DNA from: FCB group bacterium
GTDB taxonomy: Bacteria; Fidelibacterota; Marinisomatia; Marinisomatales; J089
Length of the DNA: 49,006 nt
Reading direction: 5' to 3'
NCBI GenBank assembly: GCA_013152835.1
Contig: JAADFQ010000129.1
Coordinates: 1-49,006 of the forward strand
The translations under genes were made by a program, and so were the position numbers. This document shows, piece by piece, positions 20,556 to 30,129 of this stretch. Numbering within the stretch: the stretch's first letter is position 1; every line of letters starts with the position of its first letter. The notes beneath the pieces are model-generated. The model was given only the letters and a program-made list of their open reading frames with translations. It had not been told where the DNA came from and ran no database searches.

Positions 20556-21139
20556 CAGGAATATAAATTATGTCTGTCGATAAATTCCCAAACCGGCTGT
20601 GTAACCATATAACGGATAGTTTTATTTTCTTTCCAACGTCTTCGGATTGTCGTAGATGATATTTCGATCCGGGGAATATTGGAAAATCTTACTTTTCTTA
20701 AGATCCAACTTTCGACCGTACTCGGTTTAAATCCCGGTCGTAAGGCAACAATAACCTGACATTCTTCCAGAATTTTTTCCGGTTCTTTCCAGGTTTCAAA
20801 TTCACCAAGCGTATCGGATCCGATTAAAAAATAGGTTTCGTTCCGCGTAAGTCCCCGTTCTGATTTTAATCCGCGAATCGTATCAATAGAATAGGAAACA
20901 CCTCCCCGCTTAATTTCAATATCGGAAATTTCAAAATGCGGATTACTGGCAACGGCGCTTTCCAGCATTTTCAGACGCAGGTTCACCGGTGTAAGGGGCG
21001 ACGATTGTTTGTGCGGGGGTATCAGGGCCGGGATAAAAATAATTTTATCGAAATTTTCCGCTTCACAGATCGTCTGAGCAATTAATAAATGTCCAATATG
21101 AGGCGGGTCAAACGTTCCCCCAAATATGCAAATTTTCAT
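20555..21139 (-). CDS. nadD: Nicotinate-nucleotide adenylyltransferase
   Basis: FGGTFDPPHIGH, SYSIDT, LIGSD, ISST; start at MKICIF gives an ATGA overlap with bamD. Confidence 0.96.
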   Translation of the reverse strand: MKICIFGGTFDPPHIGHLLIAQTICEAENFDKIIFIPALIPPHKQSSPLTPVNLRLKMLESAVASNPHFEISDIEIKRGGVSYSIDTIRGLKSERGLTRNETYFLIGSDTLGEFETWKEPEKILEECQVIVALRPGFKPSTVESWILRKVRFSNIPRIEISSTTIRRRWKENKTIRYMVTQPVWEFIDRHNLYS

Positions 21140-21906
21140 CCTTTTGCCTTTTGAAGTCGACGCTCGCATTTTTTCATGGCCGTGTCCGCTTTGTCAATCA
21201 GTTCAGCGTCCTTCAGGTTCTGCTCATATTGAACATAGATTTCCCGGGCCTTTTCGATATCCCGCAATTCGCAGTAGGCTATTATTAACCCCAGATAGGA
21301 TTTGGACAAATATTCCGTATCATAATATGATTTTAACACTTCATTAAAAGCATCAATAGCTGAATCATAAACGCCGAGTTTGATATACAGGATTCCAGTT
21401 TCATAGGCTTTGCGACCCAGCTTGTTTCGCAATTTTTTCATCATCTCATTGGCTTCATCAGTAAATTTTGAGTCCGGGTAATCGTCAAGAAATTCCTGAA
21501 TTTTTTCAATTGCCTTATTGGTGCTGGTTTGATCCAGGTAGTATTCGGGAGATTCTTCGAAATAACTTTGACAAATCCGCCAACGCGCTTTTTCAACAAA
21601 GGGACTAAACATCATTCGACGGGTTAATCGGTCATACTCTGAGATCGCCAGAATATACTCTTCATTATTAAAATACGACTCCCCCAGATAGAACATGGCA
21701 TCGTCTCCCCATTCCGTGTGGGAGCCGCTTAACACGACATAGTTAAATTCATCCTGGGCCTGGACATATTTCTTTTTATTGAAATATTCCATCCCCTTTT
21801 TGAACCGTGCCTCAAAATCCATTTCATCTTCAGGTTTTGATCCCGCACAACTAAAAACGGTTAAGAAAAACAAGCCGCCGAGTATAATCAGAATAATTCG
21901 TTTCAT
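21136..21906 (-). CDS. bamD: Outer membrane protein assembly lipoprotein BamD
   Basis: Lipobox VFSC, TPRs, ESPEYYLDQTST.KAI..IQEFLDDYPDS, YYDT. Confidence 0.9.
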   Translation of the reverse strand: MKRIILIILGGLFFLTVFSCAGSKPEDEMDFEARFKKGMEYFNKKKYVQAQDEFNYVVLSGSHTEWGDDAMFYLGESYFNNEEYILAISEYDRLTRRMMFSPFVEKARWRICQSYFEESPEYYLDQTSTNKAIEKIQEFLDDYPDSKFTDEANEMMKKLRNKLGRKAYETGILYIKLGVYDSAIDAFNEVLKSYYDTEYLSKSYLGLIIAYCELRDIEKAREIYVQYEQNLKDAELIDKADTAMKKCERRLQKAKG

Positions 21907-21910
21907 TGGT

Positions 21911-22825
21911 CTACCAGGTTAGAGCAAAAGCAATTCCACCGATTCCATACGGTGCTTTCCGGTCGTAAATCAGCCCCATCGTAGGTTTCACTTTATTCCG
22001 TCGTTCAATAGAATTTCGATTAGAACTCCACAACGCTTCAAAGGCGCTGGCAACATGATTAAACATGATGGCGCTAACGGCAAATTTTGCCATTTTAAGA
22101 TAAGAATTATTTTTCGCCCGTTGAGAAAGGTAATTGTCACGATGACGGGTCATGATCAGGATTTCAGTACTGTCGCCGACATCTTTCTGTTTTTCCCAAT
22201 AGAGTGGATTTCCATCCTGATCATATACATCATCCCAACCACCCACGAACTGATCATATTTTCCGATATTTTCATAGAAATCCCGATCACGTAAGACGAT
22301 TAGCCCGGGATCATTCCCCAATTGTCCCAATGTATCCTGGGCAATGAGCACACCGTTGAGTTCCAAAATCAGATGATGAGTGCCGCCAAAACGTACATCG
22401 GCATAACTCACCCCCAGAACCGGCGTATTGGTGATAAAGTTTTCCAGAGTCCAATGCTGGTCAGCATATTTTTCATAATTAATGCGTATATCTTCGGCCC
22501 GGGTTGACCAATTCCAGTAGCTGTACAAACCAAATAATTCAATCCCGGCAAATAAGGACGTTCGCCACCACGCTTCGCGATTATAATACTGTCCCAACCC
22601 CGGCACAACCAGCGACATAACCAGCGGACGACCATGATAAACGATAGCCATGGAATCGGTTGAGTCCTGGACGGTCATGGTTGAATAAATCGGTGTTTCG
22701 AATCCCCGGTAATAGTTGTCCAGAATTCCTTTACCAAACCCGCTCGCACTGATGACCAGCAAGGAAAGAAAGAATTGGTTAAAAACCGAATAGGATCGTG
22801 AAATAGTTTCTGTTTTCATGGCCAT
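21911..22825 (-). CDS. Conserved hypothetical membrane protein (DUF5683-like SLVVPGLGQ motif)
   Basis: MSLVVPGLGQYYN, FYENIGKYDQFVGGWDD, NHVASAFEA, C-terminal aromatic residue. Confidence 0.6.
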   Translation of the reverse strand: MAMKTETISRSYSVFNQFFLSLLVISASGFGKGILDNYYRGFETPIYSTMTVQDSTDSMAIVYHGRPLVMSLVVPGLGQYYNREAWWRTSLFAGIELFGLYSYWNWSTRAEDIRINYEKYADQHWTLENFITNTPVLGVSYADVRFGGTHHLILELNGVLIAQDTLGQLGNDPGLIVLRDRDFYENIGKYDQFVGGWDDVYDQDGNPLYWEKQKDVGDSTEILIMTRHRDNYLSQRAKNNSYLKMAKFAVSAIMFNHVASAFEALWSSNRNSIERRNKVKPTMGLIYDRKAPYGIGGIAFALTW

Positions 22826-25739
22826 ATTGAATTGTCTGTTCTTGGTATTGTTTTTGAAAAGAAGTCAGCCCACGGTGTATTTCCCAGCCAATCGCCACCG
22901 GGAAATTATAAAAGCTGAACCCATTTATTCGCCATTGAAATCCGATAGATTTTTTCATCGAGAAATCCGTATCCCACGCATCACCAAATTGAAACAGGAT
23001 TCCCGCTACCGAATTCTGCCAGATTAACCATCCGGTTTTGATATGCCGTTCCCTGAAAACAGGAACCCGGAAAGCTAATCGTTCGACAAAAAGGTTTTTC
23101 CCCTCCATGCTGTAGAACGGATATCCTTGTATCCCCGGAAGTCCGCCACCAAAAAAATTAAAGAATGAGTCGGCTTCCTGATTGGAAATGTAGCCAAATT
23201 CAGTCTCCGTCGTCAGGGTCCACCGGGGAGTGTGTGGAATATCTTTCGACCATTTTATGTTTCCTTCGAATCGCCATAAATCGTTGGATTTAAAAATTTC
23301 CTGCAATGTGCCGGCATTATTCAGGTCCAGTCCATCTATGAAATCGTTCAATTCGTATGTTAGTCGCAAGTCTGCCACAAATTGTTTTGACGGATTAATA
23401 TTTCCATCGAAACGAGGTTGGTGAATATCCGTTTTCCAGTGTATACCCAGGGATGAACCGCGATAATAATCATAGGCCAGTCCACCCTGGAGGGCTTCCC
23501 CGGGAATCGTTTCTTTGATAAAAGCCCGGTATCGCTGCCAATTCCCGTAGAGTTCCAAATAATCAATCCCGAAGATCGGAATCAGCATTCCTCCCTGGAA
23601 TTGAACCATGCGAAAGCGCAGGTTATTATCAATTGAATATACGCTGTATAGATTACGCTCAAAGGTATTTCGTGTTAAATAGGTGGTTTCAGCATAAAGT
23701 GTTGGAAAAAACCGGTGGAACTCAAATCTGAAGAATAAATCCACATCCTTGTTCCGATTCATTCCGGCGCCCCCAAAAATATTCAGGCGGTGTAAAATCT
23801 CATCGGAATAAAAATAAAAACCCGGTTTAAACGTGTTATAATCCATCATGAGACGGGGCAAGAGAAACATGGGCGGAAACTGATCCTCGTATGCATAGAT
23901 TTCACGTTGAACATCCTGCTCCAGAATGGGTCGTTTCAGCTGTCCGTTTCGGCGGTAATAAACCGGAGAATAGCCCACCAATTCATCATCGACCGGTACC
24001 AGGGAATCCATTAAGGCGATTTTATAGCCGCCGTCTGCATATTCTACATATAAACATTGCCCGGAGGAATTGACATTGGGCATAAAGGCACCACCCAAAA
24101 CATTCGTTACAAAGGTCTGCTTCCCGGTTTCCGGATTCAACTGATATAAATTAAAAATCCCGGTTCGGTCGTCAGCATACAGCCAATTCCCATCAGGAGA
24201 CACGGTTAAATCACGTTCATCCCATTCCCGGGTATTTAACAGGGGACGAATCGTTGAATCGGAAAAATCATAGGCATATATATTCCGAAAATGATTCGTT
24301 GTGGCATCAAATACCAAGCGGTTTTGATCGGAATCGAAATGCAATTGATGAACCAATCGATGGTCCTGGAAATCGGTCAACTGACTGATGGAGCGATCTG
24401 CCAGGGAAAGCATGAAAACATTTTCCATCCCATCCCGGGTGGATATATAAGCAATGGCCGAATCCCCGGGAATGAATACCGGTGACCGTCCCCGGGAATC
24501 TTTGGTCAATCGCGTGGATTTGTCTTTCTGAATATCATAGGCAAAAAGATCATTATAACTGGAACCGGATCCATTGGGATGATCGGGACGGCGACTGTAA
24601 TAAATCGTTTGTCCGTCCGGAGACCATGCGGCTGCACTCTGTACTCCCTTGGCTACCAGCTTCTCTTTTTTTGTAGCCATATCATGTATGTATAGATTCG
24701 TCTGGCTAAAATAATCATTCCCGCGATTGGAAATATAAATAAAGCGTTTACCGCCTTTATCCCAGATCGGATATAAATTTGTTGTCCCTTCGCCCAATAT
24801 AATCCGGCCGCCGACTTCATGGGTTCGAACAGTTTCCGTCAGGATTTCGTATCGTTTTTCCAAGGTATGTGCAAATTGGGAATAGAGGCTGTCGCCATCA
24901 ATCCCCACGGTTCTTTTTATCGCCTGATTTATGGAAAAGCGGGTTGGACGGGAAAGTTCCTGAACCAGTTTGCGAAGTTTATCCGATCCATATTTCACGG
25001 CAATAAACCGGGTCAGCGCATATCCTGAATTGTACACGGATTCATTCCCAATGCCCCGTTTTCCGAAAGAATTCATGGCCGGAAAGGACAACAGATTATC
25101 ATGCATCACGCGATCACGCAGAATCATATCGCGATGGGTGTCCCAATTATCATAGTCCGACCCGTCAAACTGGTACTGAGCCAGTCCTTCCGCCAGCCAG
25201 GGTGGGACCACCGTCCCGGGGACAGCATAGCTGATAATTTCATTGGGATAACCGAACAATACGTCTTTCCGCTTTTCCGGTTCATATCCGATCCATTGCA
25301 GATACAGAGCGGGGAAATTTTGTCCGGCTTTCATGGACTTCTGCATCGTCACGATATGGGTGAATTCATGGGTCACTACATTTTGTAGCCACCGGTGGGA
25401 ACCGCGTAATTCATAATCCAGAGGACTGGCCCAGATAACAATTTTATTATCGTAATAATAGGCTGCTCCATTGGCAATATCATCCGTATCCATGAAGATC
25501 AGGTGTGTTTTCGATTTGGGTTCATACTGATACAGCTCAGTCACTTTGGGATAAATGAGTTCCGCCACCTCGGCACCTTCCTGGGCGCTGTGTCTGGTAG
25601 CATCGTAAAAGTGAATAATGAAATGCTCCGTCTCGAATGTTTGCCAGTCCAATTCCGGATGATTATAGGCAAACTGGGCAAATCCAACACCTGATATGAA
25701 CAATATTATTGCTGTTATATATAAGGTTATCCTTGCCAT
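22779..25739 (-). CDS. Secreted gluzincin (peptidase MA-like) + PD40/TolB-like beta-propeller + Omp85-like beta-barrel protein
   Basis: Signal peptide; WQTFETEHFIIHF; HEFTH and WLAEGLAQY; WSPDGQTIYYS repeats; FFGGG..GIQGY (VRGY-like); terminal YFTILFGF. Confidence 0.8.
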   Translation of the reverse strand: MARITLYITAIILFISGVGFAQFAYNHPELDWQTFETEHFIIHFYDATRHSAQEGAEVAELIYPKVTELYQYEPKSKTHLIFMDTDDIANGAAYYYDNKIVIWASPLDYELRGSHRWLQNVVTHEFTHIVTMQKSMKAGQNFPALYLQWIGYEPEKRKDVLFGYPNEIISYAVPGTVVPPWLAEGLAQYQFDGSDYDNWDTHRDMILRDRVMHDNLLSFPAMNSFGKRGIGNESVYNSGYALTRFIAVKYGSDKLRKLVQELSRPTRFSINQAIKRTVGIDGDSLYSQFAHTLEKRYEILTETVRTHEVGGRIILGEGTTNLYPIWDKGGKRFIYISNRGNDYFSQTNLYIHDMATKKEKLVAKGVQSAAAWSPDGQTIYYSRRPDHPNGSGSSYNDLFAYDIQKDKSTRLTKDSRGRSPVFIPGDSAIAYISTRDGMENVFMLSLADRSISQLTDFQDHRLVHQLHFDSDQNRLVFDATTNHFRNIYAYDFSDSTIRPLLNTREWDERDLTVSPDGNWLYADDRTGIFNLYQLNPETGKQTFVTNVLGGAFMPNVNSSGQCLYVEYADGGYKIALMDSLVPVDDELVGYSPVYYRRNGQLKRPILEQDVQREIYAYEDQFPPMFLLPRLMMDYNTFKPGFYFYSDEILHRLNIFGGAGMNRNKDVDLFFRFEFHRFFPTLYAETTYLTRNTFERNLYSVYSIDNNLRFRMVQFQGGMLIPIFGIDYLELYGNWQRYRAFIKETIPGEALQGGLAYDYYRGSSLGIHWKTDIHQPRFDGNINPSKQFVADLRLTYELNDFIDGLDLNNAGTLQEIFKSNDLWRFEGNIKWSKDIPHTPRWTLTTETEFGYISNQEADSFFNFFGGGLPGIQGYPFYSMEGKNLFVERLAFRVPVFRERHIKTGWLIWQNSVAGILFQFGDAWDTDFSMKKSIGFQWRINGFSFYNFPVAIGWEIHRGLTSFQKQYQEQTIQYGHENRNYFTILFGF

Positions 25740-25744
25740 TTAAT

Positions 25745-28604
25745 TCAATTGATAATCCCGATTTTGAGAATTTTTTCTTCTGTTTTAATTCCTGCATAGG
25801 CAGTAACCCGAACAAAATACACGCCGGGTTCCACATCACCTACATCCCACACTAATTCTTGTGGCAAAATCGGTTCCGGATTTTCCATTGTCCAACGTTT
25901 TACAAAATATCCGGATAAGGAATAAACAGTTATCTCCACCTTATCAGCTTCACTGGTTGTATATCGCAGCGTAACCCGTCCTTCTTTGGCCGGATTGGGA
26001 TAAGCATAGGTTTGGGATCGAAGAAGAAGTTGGTTTTCGCCAGAACTCTTTGCCGGGTATTCTCCATAGACGGTACGACTATGAAATACATTGTTATCCG
26101 GCAATAGCCAACCGCTCTCATCTTCCGGAAAATCGGAAATGACCCAGGAGCTATATCGACAGACCAACACGGAATGGCCCTGATAATTCGCAATTTGCTC
26201 CAACCGATCGGCAGGATCGACACCAATCGTCAGTTGCCGACGACCGTTTCCTCCCCAAACCGTAATGACGCCGCTGGAATCCTGGGTAACGATTTCCCTC
26301 CCGGCGGTTTCTAATATATCCCCGGCGAGAACCACCTCTGCATTCCCCACAGAGATCGGGAATCCGGATAATAAGGTAAAATTGATGTCAAAAACGTACA
26401 GCTTCCCTTCCTTAGAAAGCGCAATTATATCCGGGAGTTGATCGTCATTGATATCCGCCGCCAGAATTTGTGAAAACCGGACCGAAGAGAATCCGGTCGC
26501 TTGTGGTGGTAAACTTCTATCAATCCCCCCGGTAGTATTAATTGTAAATATAGGTATCGGGTCCAATGATAGAATTGAACTTGAATCCTGTATATCAAAA
26601 ACTACCGAGTGTCCAGGATCCGGCCACCAGTAGTTCAATGCTTCATAAATACTATCTTTGTCGACGGTAATAATATCCGTCGGATAAAAAAGCCGGATCC
26701 GATTACTGTTTTGATCACCTTTAATATAATAATCGGTTCCATTTACAGAGACAGATTGTTCCCATTCCCGGGAAAATTGTTGGTTGTCGGAAAGCCAGCG
26801 ATAACTTGTTATCCTGATTGAATCTTCAGTGGCTTCAACAACTGCTAACTGATTTTGGGGATAAGACCCAGTCTGAACGAGGGTGAGTTCACCCATAATT
26901 GGACTGTGAAATACGTTCAATTGATTCAGATTATCCATTGTCCATAGCCGGTTTTCACCACCAATAATTTCGGCATTTCCATCCTGATCAAAATCATAAA
27001 TCAGACGTATCGGTTCATCCAAATCGGACAGTTCCGGTATTTTTCGTCCGTTTCGGAAGAGAAAAGACATGGTATCCGCCGGCGGGCCGATGCTGTCAAT
27101 TATCACGTAGGACTCGGCGCCGGAATTGGTCCGCGTATCGGGATAGGTCAGTGGGCCAAAGCGGGGATAGCCTCCGGCGGCGCCCGGATTCACCCGTTCA
27201 TGTTCCCGATTACCTTTAAACCATAGATCCCCGAAATAACCGGCAGAGGGATCGGCCGTTAAGAAAATGTTCGGATAACCAATATCCTGTGCACCGTCGG
27301 CTTCCTCCAGATCGACGCCACGATTTTGTTTATCGCCATTGATCGTATAATGATCCATTCCGTTCTGAATCCGGGCTTCATCCACATGCCAGATCAACAA
27401 TCCAGTCCCCGGGAGGCCCAGGTCATAATTATCAAACCCTGTGATGACTCCGGTTAGTGAATCGGTCGTATGCGGTACCGAATCCAGGATAATCTCTACC
27501 AGGGGCGGCGAAGTACCGGTCTGTTCCCACATCCGATAGCGTGTAGAATCCAAATTGACACCGGGTCGCCAGGCATTATCCCGGGCTTCAATCAGGAAAT
27601 ATTCATCCGATGTCAGGGCAATTTTCACGGCATTGCCTTCCGATCTTGCCGGAAGTTGAACATTTTCCGGCGCGTGAACAACCTGCGGAGTTTCCCATTC
27701 TGCAAACATCCGGGACCAGATATCAGGCGGGGAAGGAATTAAACCTCGTCCGTTATTGGAGCCCTGGTCCATGAGGGAAAACACGCCCACACCGGACGCC
27801 CCCGTTTCCGTGTACCAGAGAGGCGGTAAACCCAGGGCAAAGCCGGTCATTAACGCAAAAGTTCCGGTTAAAGCATATTGAAAATCGCAGGGTTCTGACG
27901 CGTCTAATAAGGGGTTTGATTCGGAATACAGTAAATGATTCTGGGTTTCCGGTAAAATCACGCCCTGGGTGACGGTAGCGTCGCCAATTACCAACGACCC
28001 GGAACCGGTGGCAGCCAGCAGCATCGCCGGATCAACAAATGTAGACGGAATATCTTCCGGAGTCGGATCTAGAAAGGGAAGCGAAAAATCCTGTCCGATT
28101 CCGGCGTGAAAGATGACAATAACATCCGGGATTGAAAAATCGATCTGATCCTCAGTATAGGCCGCATCCAGCGCATCTTTGAATAATTCAACCAGGCCGT
28201 GCATCCTGAACTTCCGGTTCATTGTAAGGATTGTAATAGGACATGGAATGTGGTAATACATAAACGGTGTTGTTGGATATGGGGAACACCTCTGATTGGT
28301 CCATGTCCAATCCCAGTTTATTATAACTCACCGATCTGAAATAGTGGTCAATGGCCTGGTAATGGCTCAGGAAATAATTTCGGTCGTGAGGCGGTGGATC
28401 GAGGGTATAACGACCACACGTATCAAAATCCGTATTTATTAAAAACGTACCGTCACCGGTGGTCCCTGGTGAGTCATCCGGCTCAAATGCCACCCGGACA
28501 CCATAGACGATTTTATTGCCTGTCAGATCAGACGCCCAAATCAAAGACGAAATAATCCAGACGACGAACACGATGGCCCGGACTATGAACATGACATATT
28601 TCAA
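25745..28604 (-). pseudogene. M6 (immune inhibitor A)-like protein with FG-GAP-like repeats and T9SS type A CTD, split by a 1-bp frameshift near 28195 (real or sequencing error)
   Basis: ORFs 28188..28604 and 25745..28261 join as QDAR/LVELFKD when one C is removed. Motifs: IFHAG, FSLMDQGS, GLLIWHVDE, GVDLEEADG, DINDD..DII, and CTD YPNP...GVYFVRV...KILKI. Confidence 0.8.
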
Positions 28605-28613
28605 TGGATTATA

Positions 28614-29981
28614 TTAAAATTCCCAGCCGAGGGAAAATCGCATCGTATTGGTCAAGGGATGTCCCGGAGGGCCGGAAGTATATCCAAAATCAAATCCATA
28701 TCCGGCAAACCGAAGTCCGATCCCAAAAGTGGGATTATATATTTTTCCGGTCTTATCGTATAGATATCCTGTTCGCAGCGCGAAATAATTGGAATACCAG
28801 TATTCCAGACCGATGTGATGGACCAGTTGATCCACTTCATTCATGATCGTCCGGTCTTTTGCGGACCCCACTTCTTTTTGGCCATATTGATTATAGATAC
28901 CCCAACCCGCATCGCCATATTCTAAACCATTGGCAGGGTCGGCACCGGCGACAACAATTTCGCCTTCATCCAGATCAATTTTGCCATTATTATTATTATC
29001 CTGCCAATCATAGCCGCCAATGATTCGATCGTTAGAACCACTGGAAGTGGACCGGTCAATGTCACCACCTAAAAGCCAATCATCAACCCAGGAAGTGAAA
29101 ATCGCTAAATATATCGGATCCGTGTGAGCGATCTCTTTCTTTCCTTCTTTATTGTAATCGGCATTTTTTGTCGATTGATGTCCATATTCATCGTAACCAC
29201 CAATAGCGCCGTTTCCATCCCAATCCATATCCGGATAACTGGCCACCAGGATTTTCTGGATATCGTACGAAAAATTAAGCCGGTTGTATTTAGACTTGAG
29301 AAGCTTGAGATTCATTCCCACGGTAAGATTGGTCGGTTGCGGATCGGCCTGGGCCGGATCAATAAAAGATACCTTAGGGCCAATATTGGTGATGGTGGCA
29401 CCGAAATCTAATCGTGATCCCAATAAATCTTTTCTGAGATAACCGATATCAAAACCAAAATCGGTGGAAGTCCCTTTCCCCTTTTCGGCTCCGGCTCCCT
29501 GCTCAGCCAAATGCTGATAGGAGACCTTAACATTGAGTCCAAAAGAAGATTTTTTCGAAAGCAAGGCGCTATACGACCCGGCAAACGCCATCATATAACT
29601 GGTAAAGGTGCCTAAATTCTGACCGGTTTCATCGGTTCGAATCTGCTGTCCCAATCCAAGATAGATCAGGTGGCCGCCTACCGTCCCCAGATTGGGAATT
29701 TCGTGACGCATGGTAAAAAAGTCGTAGTATAAATCGTCTGCCAGGTTCGGTAACCAATTCACATGCATCAGGCCTAATTCCGTACCTTTCAGGAATCCAA
29801 GACCGGCCGGGTTCCAGTACGATGCGTAAGCATCATCGGCAATAGCGACTTGACTCTCGCCCATGCCTCCGGCACGCGCTCCAGGCGCAATTAATAAAAA
29901 TATCGCACCTGCTTCGCTTTGCGCGGACAGGCCGGACAGGGTTATGAGAAGAAGCGCACCTTTGGTGAACATTGATTTCAT
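28614..29981 (-). CDS. porV: T9SS shuttle PorV (PorV/PorQ family outer membrane barrel)
   Basis: FLLIAPGARAGGMGE, YWNPAGL, NWLPNLADD, ITNIGPKVSF, PTNL, GLEYWY..FALRTGY, HPLTNTMRFSL; GGAG RBS. Confidence 0.88.
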   Translation of the reverse strand: MKSMFTKGALLLITLSGLSAQSEAGAIFLLIAPGARAGGMGESQVAIADDAYASYWNPAGLGFLKGTELGLMHVNWLPNLADDLYYDFFTMRHEIPNLGTVGGHLIYLGLGQQIRTDETGQNLGTFTSYMMAFAGSYSALLSKKSSFGLNVKVSYQHLAEQGAGAEKGKGTSTDFGFDIGYLRKDLLGSRLDFGATITNIGPKVSFIDPAQADPQPTNLTVGMNLKLLKSKYNRLNFSYDIQKILVASYPDMDWDGNGAIGGYDEYGHQSTKNADYNKEGKKEIAHTDPIYLAIFTSWVDDWLLGGDIDRSTSSGSNDRIIGGYDWQDNNNNGKIDLDEGEIVVAGADPANGLEYGDAGWGIYNQYGQKEVGSAKDRTIMNEVDQLVHHIGLEYWYSNYFALRTGYLYDKTGKIYNPTFGIGLRFAGYGFDFGYTSGPPGHPLTNTMRFSLGWEF

Positions 29982-30129
29982 TGTTTCTAATCTCCGATTT
30001 TATTTGGGCTCCCTTTCGGGAATCTGTTAGCAAGGTGCGATATGCTTCTCCTATAAATTGGCGGCGAATCTATTTCCCACATTTGGTAGCAGTCAAGTAA
30101 TGAATCTTCATCCTATTTTGTTCCGTAAT

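Noticed and set aside
28188-28261. Programmed ribosomal frameshift or phase-variation tract
   Set aside because: No slippery heptamer, long homopolymer or tandem repeat at the junction
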